Under the pieces are notes generated by a model. It had not been told where the DNA came from and searched no databases. It saw only the letters and a list, made by a program, of their open reading frames with translations. The position numbers and the translations under genes were made by a program. From an uncultured Actinomycetota bacterium (GTDB lineage: Bacteria > Actinomycetota > Actinomycetes > Actinomycetales > CAWJMD01): 64,000 bases of DNA. The stretch covers positions 1,489,268 through 1,553,267 of the forward strand of contig CAWJSX010000001.1 of assembly GCA_963845675.1 (NCBI GenBank). Reading direction: 5' to 3'. Below are positions 59,272-64,000 of this stretch, in pieces; position 1 is the stretch's first letter, and the number at the start of each line of letters is the position of its first letter.

Positions 59272-59940
59272 TCAGCCCCCCGGTTGCACCACACCGGTCT
59301 CGTAGGCGAGGACGACTGCCTGGATCCGGTCGCGTAGGTCGAGCTTCGTGAGCACCCGCGCCACATGGGTCTTGACCGTGGTCTCCCCGAGGAAGAGCTC
59401 CTCGGCGATCTCGTGGTTCGACCTGCCCCGACCCAGCAGGCGGAAGACCTCCTGCTCGCGGGGGGTCAGACGGTCGAGGACCTCGGGCCGCGCACCGGTG
59501 GGAGGACGACGGGTGAAGTCCTCGACGAGCCGTCTCGTGATCGCCGGTGCCAGGAGCGACTCCCCGCGCACCACCGCGCGGATGCCGGCGACCAGCAGCT
59601 CTGCGGGGGTGTCCTTGAGAAGGAAGCCGCTGGCGCCGATGCGCAGGGCCTCGTAGACGTAGTCGTTCTGGTCGAACGTGGTCAGCATGATCACGCGTAC
59701 GCCGTCGTGGTCGGCCTTGAGCAGCCGTCGGGCCGCGTCGAGGCCGTCCAGGTTGGGCATCCTGATGTCGAGCAGCACGACATCGGGGCGCAGCTCTGAA
59801 CCCAGGCGGACGGCGTCGTGGCCGTCGGCGGCCTCGGCGACCACTTCCATGTCGGCCTCGGCCTCGAGGATCATCCGGAACCCGGTGCGCACCAGCTCCT
59901 GGTCGTCGGCGATCAGCACCCGGGTGGGCGCGGGCGTCAT
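59272..59940 (-). CDS. NarL/LuxR-family two-component response regulator
   Basis: Receiver domain (VLIADDQELVRTGF...DVVLLDIRMPNLDG...VIMLTTFD) plus an HTH_LuxR domain (LTPREQEVFRLLGRGRSNHEIAEELFLGETTVKTHVARVLTKL). ATG 59940 overlaps the kinase stop (ATGA). Confidence 0.9.
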   Translation of the reverse strand: MTPAPTRVLIADDQELVRTGFRMILEAEADMEVVAEAADGHDAVRLGSELRPDVVLLDIRMPNLDGLDAARRLLKADHDGVRVIMLTTFDQNDYVYEALRIGASGFLLKDTPAELLVAGIRAVVRGESLLAPAITRRLVEDFTRRPPTGARPEVLDRLTPREQEVFRLLGRGRSNHEIAEELFLGETTVKTHVARVLTKLDLRDRIQAVVLAYETGVVQPGG

Positions 59941-61922
59941 GCGGGTTGTCCCACGGCGACCGGGGCGAGCGGGATGGTCGCGTGCACGCGGAACCCACCC
60001 TCGGGCTGCGGTCCGGCCGTCACCTCGCCGGAGTAGATCCTGGCTCGCTCCCGCATGCCGGCGATCCCGTTTCCCGGCGGCTTGGCGGCAGCGCGGGTGC
60101 CGTTGTCGCGGACATCGAGGACGAGCGTGTCGACGGAGCACTGGACCCCGATCCACGCGTGTGTCGCCTCCGCGTGCCTGAGCACGTTGGTCACAGCCTC
60201 CTGGACGATCCGGTAGCCCGCGAGATCGATCCCGCCGGGCACGCCGGCCGTCCCACGCTCGACACTCAGCTCCACCACGAGTCCGCTTCCGCGAGTTCGC
60301 TCGACGAGCTCGTCGAGCCGGTCCAGGCCCGGCGAGCCCTCCAGCGGACGTCCGGACGGGTCGACCAGATCCAGCAGGCGATGCAGCTCGGTCAGGGATC
60401 GCAGCCCGGTCTCCTGAACCACCGCCAGCGCCTCCTGGCAGCCCTTCCTACCGCTCTCGAGGGTGCGCCGAGCCGCGCCCGCCTGGACGACCATCACCAT
60501 CAGGGAGTGCGCAACCACGTCGTGCAGCTCACGGGCGATGCGCAGCCGCTCCGCGGCGGCGGCTGCCGCACGCTCCGCCTCGCGGGCCCGCCCCAGCTCG
60601 ACGCTGCGTTGCAGCACGACGGCGGTCAGATCGGACTGCTGGCGCACCACGCTGCCGGCCGCCCAGGCCAGCCCCACGATCACGAGGGGGAACAGGTAGT
60701 CCCCCCAGCCGTCGTACCCGGCGCCGAGGTTCACCGCCACCACTCCGGCAGCACCGATGACAAGGCCCACCCAGGCCGCGGCGGCTCGGGCGTGCGCCGC
60801 CGATGCGAAGGCGATCAGCGCGGCGAGCAACGCCAGGGCGACGGTCGGCGGCTCGAAGGCGATCGCCACCACGGCGGCCGCGGTCCAGGCGACGAGGGCG
60901 GCTCCGAGCGGGTGTCGACGGCGTGCGACCGCCGGGGCCGCCATGAGTGCGCCCGCAAGGCCGGCAGCGGCCACCTCCACAGCGGCGCTCCGGCCATGGG
61001 CGGCGGTCAGCGCTGACTCCACCGATGCCACCACCATCAGCCCCGGCGCGAGCAGCGCCCCCAGGACCTGCCCTGTGGCCCCGAAACTGGCCGGACGCCA
61101 GCCGCTCCCGGTCGCGTCGACCAGTCCCGGGTCGATGCTCGAGGCCGGCGAGGGCTGCGCTGGACCGTCCGAACGCAGCACGCCCAGCATCCGGCGCATG
61201 TCCTCGAGCGCCCGCCGCCCGCTCTCCTCGACCTCGGCGATCGCGGCGCCGGCCGCGGGGGACCCGATCGCCTCCAACGCTCGCGCGCGCCCCGCGCCGG
61301 CCACCATCTCGTCGACGCTTCTCCGCACGATGTCCTGGACCTCACCCGCGATCCGGCCGCGGGCCTCGAGCGCGGCGGCCCGGGCGGTCAGCTCCTGCGC
61401 CTCGTCGAGCCGGACCGCCTGGGCCTCCAGGGTTCTCCGGAGGCGGACCCGGTCGCGGACGGTGTGGCCAACCGCCGCCGGAGCCAGCACGAGCGCCGCC
61501 GCCAGGACGCCCGACCCGACGCTGACGTCGTGGAGTCCGAGCACGAGGGCAGCACCCGCCGCGCAGACGGTCGCCGCGGGGACGACCCACGGGCGCGACC
61601 CGTGCCGGGCCACGGCGTACGCGGCGATCGCGAGACAGACGAACACGGTGAAGGTCCGGTCGAACAGCCGCAGCTCGGAGCTCGGCAGCTGGACGGCGAG
61701 GGCTGCGGTGACCGCCAGGGCGACCGGGATCGGGTGTCGCCTGCGCCATAGCAAGGGCAGGACCAGCAGGGGTACGACGGCCACGGCGGCCGGGCGTTCG
61801 GAGCCGAGTGCGACGACGGCCTCGGCAAGGCCTACGGCGAGAAGCGCGAACGGGAGCGCGTCGGCGAGACCCGGTGTCGTCGAAACCCGCGGGTGCGGGC
61901 GAGACGGGAGGCCTAGCCGCAT
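59937..61922 (-). CDS. Sensor histidine kinase (HisKA_3 plus HATPase_c) with duplicated membrane-sensor/DHp module
   Basis: Functional H-box ERLRIARELHDVVAHSL (His ~467) and the ATPase motifs (IVQEAVTNVLRHA, DNGTR, GNGIAGMRERA). The upstream module (residues ~1-255) repeats the architecture with RIAGEVQDIVRRS, which has Gln in place of His. Confidence 0.85.
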   Translation of the reverse strand: MRLGLPSRPHPRVSTTPGLADALPFALLAVGLAEAVVALGSERPAAVAVVPLLVLPLLWRRRHPIPVALAVTAALAVQLPSSELRLFDRTFTVFVCLAIAAYAVARHGSRPWVVPAATVCAAGAALVLGLHDVSVGSGVLAAALVLAPAAVGHTVRDRVRLRRTLEAQAVRLDEAQELTARAAALEARGRIAGEVQDIVRRSVDEMVAGAGRARALEAIGSPAAGAAIAEVEESGRRALEDMRRMLGVLRSDGPAQPSPASSIDPGLVDATGSGWRPASFGATGQVLGALLAPGLMVVASVESALTAAHGRSAAVEVAAAGLAGALMAAPAVARRRHPLGAALVAWTAAAVVAIAFEPPTVALALLAALIAFASAAHARAAAAWVGLVIGAAGVVAVNLGAGYDGWGDYLFPLVIVGLAWAAGSVVRQQSDLTAVVLQRSVELGRAREAERAAAAAAERLRIARELHDVVAHSLMVMVVQAGAARRTLESGRKGCQEALAVVQETGLRSLTELHRLLDLVDPSGRPLEGSPGLDRLDELVERTRGSGLVVELSVERGTAGVPGGIDLAGYRIVQEAVTNVLRHAEATHAWIGVQCSVDTLVLDVRDNGTRAAAKPPGNGIAGMRERARIYSGEVTAGPQPEGGFRVHATIPLAPVAVGQPA

Positions 61923-62101
61923 CCGATCACGCTAGCCGCTCGCCCGGCTCCGCTCGTCCTGTTCGCGAAGGAGCGTTGTCCTCCTCCGGGATGAGCCCTG
62001 ATCGTCCTACCCGGCGCGAGAGCGCCTGCCAGGAGGACGATTCGGCGAGAGCCGACAGTCCACCGTGGCACACAGGACCACACCGACACTGGAGGACCGG
62101 C

Positions 62102-62797
62102 ATGACGAACCCCACCACCCGGACCCGCCTGCTGCACGCGACCACGTTGCTCTTGGCGCCGCTGCTCCTGCTGGGCGCGCGCCTCACCGACATCACGCCC
62201 CAGGCGGACACCACGGCCGACCTGCTCGCACTGATCGCCGATCGACCGTCGGCGTGGGCGACGGGTCAGTGGTTCTTCTTCCTCAGCGGCCTGGCGTGGG
62301 TCCCCGCCGGCGTCACCCTGATGCGCCTGTTCGGACGCCGGGCCCGGATGGGGTACTGGTCCGCGGCAGCGGTCGCGGTCGGAGCAGCCATGGTGCTCGC
62401 GGTCGATGCCGCAGGCGTCTACCTCAGCAGCCTCGCCACGAGTTCGGTCCCGCTCGACCAGCAGGTGCGCATCGTCGAGGGAGTCGAGAGCTCGCCCGCG
62501 ATCCTCGTCTTCGAGATCGTGCACATCGTCGGCTTCTTCGGCGGGCTGCTGCTCGTGGCAATCGCCCTGCTCCGGAGCCGTCTCGTGCCGGTGTGGTCGG
62601 CAGCGCTGCTCCTGCTGGGCCAGGTCGGACTCCTGGCCGTGTCGCACCCCGCCGCCGACATCGTCTCGATGAGCTGCGTCGTCCTCGGCATGGGAGCCGC
62701 AGCCCACCGCGTGCGGAACCTCTCCGACGACGAGTGGCGCGAGGGCGCGGCCGCCGGTAGAAGGGCGCCGGCACGCGAGGTCGTCCCGATGGTGTGA
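62102..62797 (+). CDS. Hypothetical integral membrane protein (about 6 TM)
   Basis: ATG 62102 is preceded by GGAGGA. Hydrophobic helices run throughout. It is divergent from the two-component operon. Confidence 0.6.
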   Translation: MTNPTTRTRLLHATTLLLAPLLLLGARLTDITPQADTTADLLALIADRPSAWATGQWFFFLSGLAWVPAGVTLMRLFGRRARMGYWSAAAVAVGAAMVLAVDAAGVYLSSLATSSVPLDQQVRIVEGVESSPAILVFEIVHIVGFFGGLLLVAIALLRSRLVPVWSAALLLLGQVGLLAVSHPAADIVSMSCVVLGMGAAAHRVRNLSDDEWREGAAAGRRAPAREVVPMV

Positions 62798-62827
62798 CGG
62801 TGCCTCCACGAACCCGGGTCGGTTCCG

Positions 62828-63394
62828 TCAGTGATCCGCGGTCCACGAGGGATCGCGTCCGGCAAAGCCGACGATCTGGTCGAGCAGTGGCGCGCTGCGC
62901 GTCACGATGACGGCCGGACCGTAGGCCGCCTCACCCTCATCGCCTCGGGCGCGATCGGAGATGACGATCGGGACGAGGGACCACACGTGCTGAGCGAGTG
63001 CGGGCGCCGGCTGGAAGGCGCTGCCGAGTGCCATCGCGAGATCCCAACCGTGGACGAGTGTCTCGACGATGTGCAGCGCGAGCGCGAAGTCCGCGGACAG
63101 TCGGTTGCCTGCCACATCGACCTCGCCCTCCACGCCGCGGGCGCTCCATGCCTTGACCGCGTCATCGGCGAGCTCGCGGTGGCACTGGGAGAGGGGTCGG
63201 GTCTCGTCTGGGACGTGGGCATTCGCGGCGGCCGTGAGAAGGAGGTGCGTGTCCCGAACGTGGTCGGTCAACGTGGCCACGTCGTAGGACGAGCACGGCG
63301 TCGGTCCTGCCAGGTCGTCCGCTGTCAGGGGGCGCGTGCGGAGGAGTTCGTCGACCGTGTCGAGCGCGAGGGCAAGTGCTGCCACGGGTTCCAT
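62828..63394 (-). CDS. DinB/MDMPI_N-like (TIGR03086-type, maleylpyruvate-isomerase-family) metal-binding protein
   Basis: The N-terminal pattern (LDTVDELLRTRPLTADDLAGPTPCSSYDVATLTDHV...HIVETLVHGWDLA) is typical of mycothiol-dependent DinB-like proteins. Confidence 0.65.
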   Translation of the reverse strand: MEPVAALALALDTVDELLRTRPLTADDLAGPTPCSSYDVATLTDHVRDTHLLLTAAANAHVPDETRPLSQCHRELADDAVKAWSARGVEGEVDVAGNRLSADFALALHIVETLVHGWDLAMALGSAFQPAPALAQHVWSLVPIVISDRARGDEGEAAYGPAVIVTRSAPLLDQIVGFAGRDPSWTADH

Positions 63395-63407
63395 GGTTCG
63401 TTGCCTT

Positions 63408-63821
63408 TCAGCTGGCGAGGCCTGGCGTGGTGGCGACTCCCCGGCGCCGTGGGACGTGGGACACGTACCCGACGACTGCGACGACGAGCAGACCTGGGCC
63501 GAGGAGCCCCTGGCTGGCCGGGAGAAGACCCGGAGCCACGATGTAGAGGAGGAGCCCGATGTCCAGGACGGTGGCGATCCCCATGGCGACTGCCGCCTGC
63601 CAGGTGCTTCGCGACCTCTGCCAGGCGAGGGCGAGGGTCAGCACGGCGAGTCCTCCTGCGGCGACGTTGAATCCGTGGAAGTGGAGCAGGGCCGCTGCCG
63701 ACTCGCCGAGGTCCGCGGGAACCGCCGTGGGTGCGTTGGGGCCGAGGGTCTCGAGGCCCTCGGTGGCTTCCATCGAGATCAGGGACGCACCGCCCACGAC
63801 GTGGAGGATGCCCCACAGCAC
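63408..63821 (-). CDS. Hypothetical membrane protein
   Basis: 137-aa ORF with four hydrophobic helices. No family recognised. Confidence 0.45.
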   Translation of the reverse strand: MLWGILHVVGGASLISMEATEGLETLGPNAPTAVPADLGESAAALLHFHGFNVAAGGLAVLTLALAWQRSRSTWQAAVAMGIATVLDIGLLLYIVAPGLLPASQGLLGPGLLVVAVVGYVSHVPRRRGVATTPGLAS

Positions 63822-63878
63822 GAGCGACCCGGTGGTGACGAGCCGTGCCCAGCGGGCCGTGGGTGGCGTGCCGGCAGC

Positions 63879-64000
63879 TCACGACGCGCTCTTCTCGAGG
63901 TCGATCGCCAGACGTGCCAGCGTGGCGAGGTGGTCGACCCAGCCACCGTGGTTGTTGTCCATGTCGACCGGATCGACGAAGCCGCGGTGGGTGACCACCA
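63879..64000 (-). CDS. 3' end of an unidentified CDS that continues beyond the window
   Basis: The reverse-complement frame reads ...VVTHRGFVDPVDMDNNHGGWVDHLATLARLAIDLEKSAS-stop (stop at 63879-63881). Confidence 0.4.
   Translation of the reverse strand, partial: VVTHRGFVDPVDMDNNHGGWVDHLATLARLAIDLEKSAS

Overview
High-GC (~70%+) actinobacterial chromosome. The protein sequences suggest a Micrococcales/Cellulomonas-like organism, but that is an impression, not a search result. The window is conserved core genome, syntenic with the M. tuberculosis Rv1165-Rv1232 neighbourhood: mgtE-like/DUF1003, mrp, tatB, htrA, rseA, sigE, O-methyltransferase, pepA, DUF3117, tag, folP, two LOG genes, dapE, dapD, gltA, dapC, fdxA, mshB and typA. 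It also holds a peptide ABC transporter operon, an ECF sigma/anti-sigma pair, bfd-bfr, and a LuxR-type two-component system. I saw no rRNA, tRNA, CRISPR array, transposase, integrase, prophage or recognisable defence island. I do not see a convincing novel multi-gene system. The most striking property is that about 18 of about 70 genes, several of them essential, are broken by frameshifts. Where I could resolve them, most are a one-base length difference in a short G/C run, so I read them as probable sequence or assembly error rather than genome decay. Other points worth a second look: a 23-nt repeat family (a 42-bp x4 tandem array plus an inverted pair 22 kb away); a perfect 35-bp-stem hairpin; an orphan PilB/GspE-like ATPase with an extra double zinc ribbon inside the sigE synteny block; an FtsH-like paralog with two large insertions; an MshB-membrane domain fusion; a histidine kinase with a duplicated sensor/DHp module whose first copy lacks the phospho-acceptor His; and IdeR-like iron boxes upstream of bfd-bfr. 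All calls come from reading the sequence and the ORF translations by eye, with no database search. Start codons and frameshift positions are approximate.
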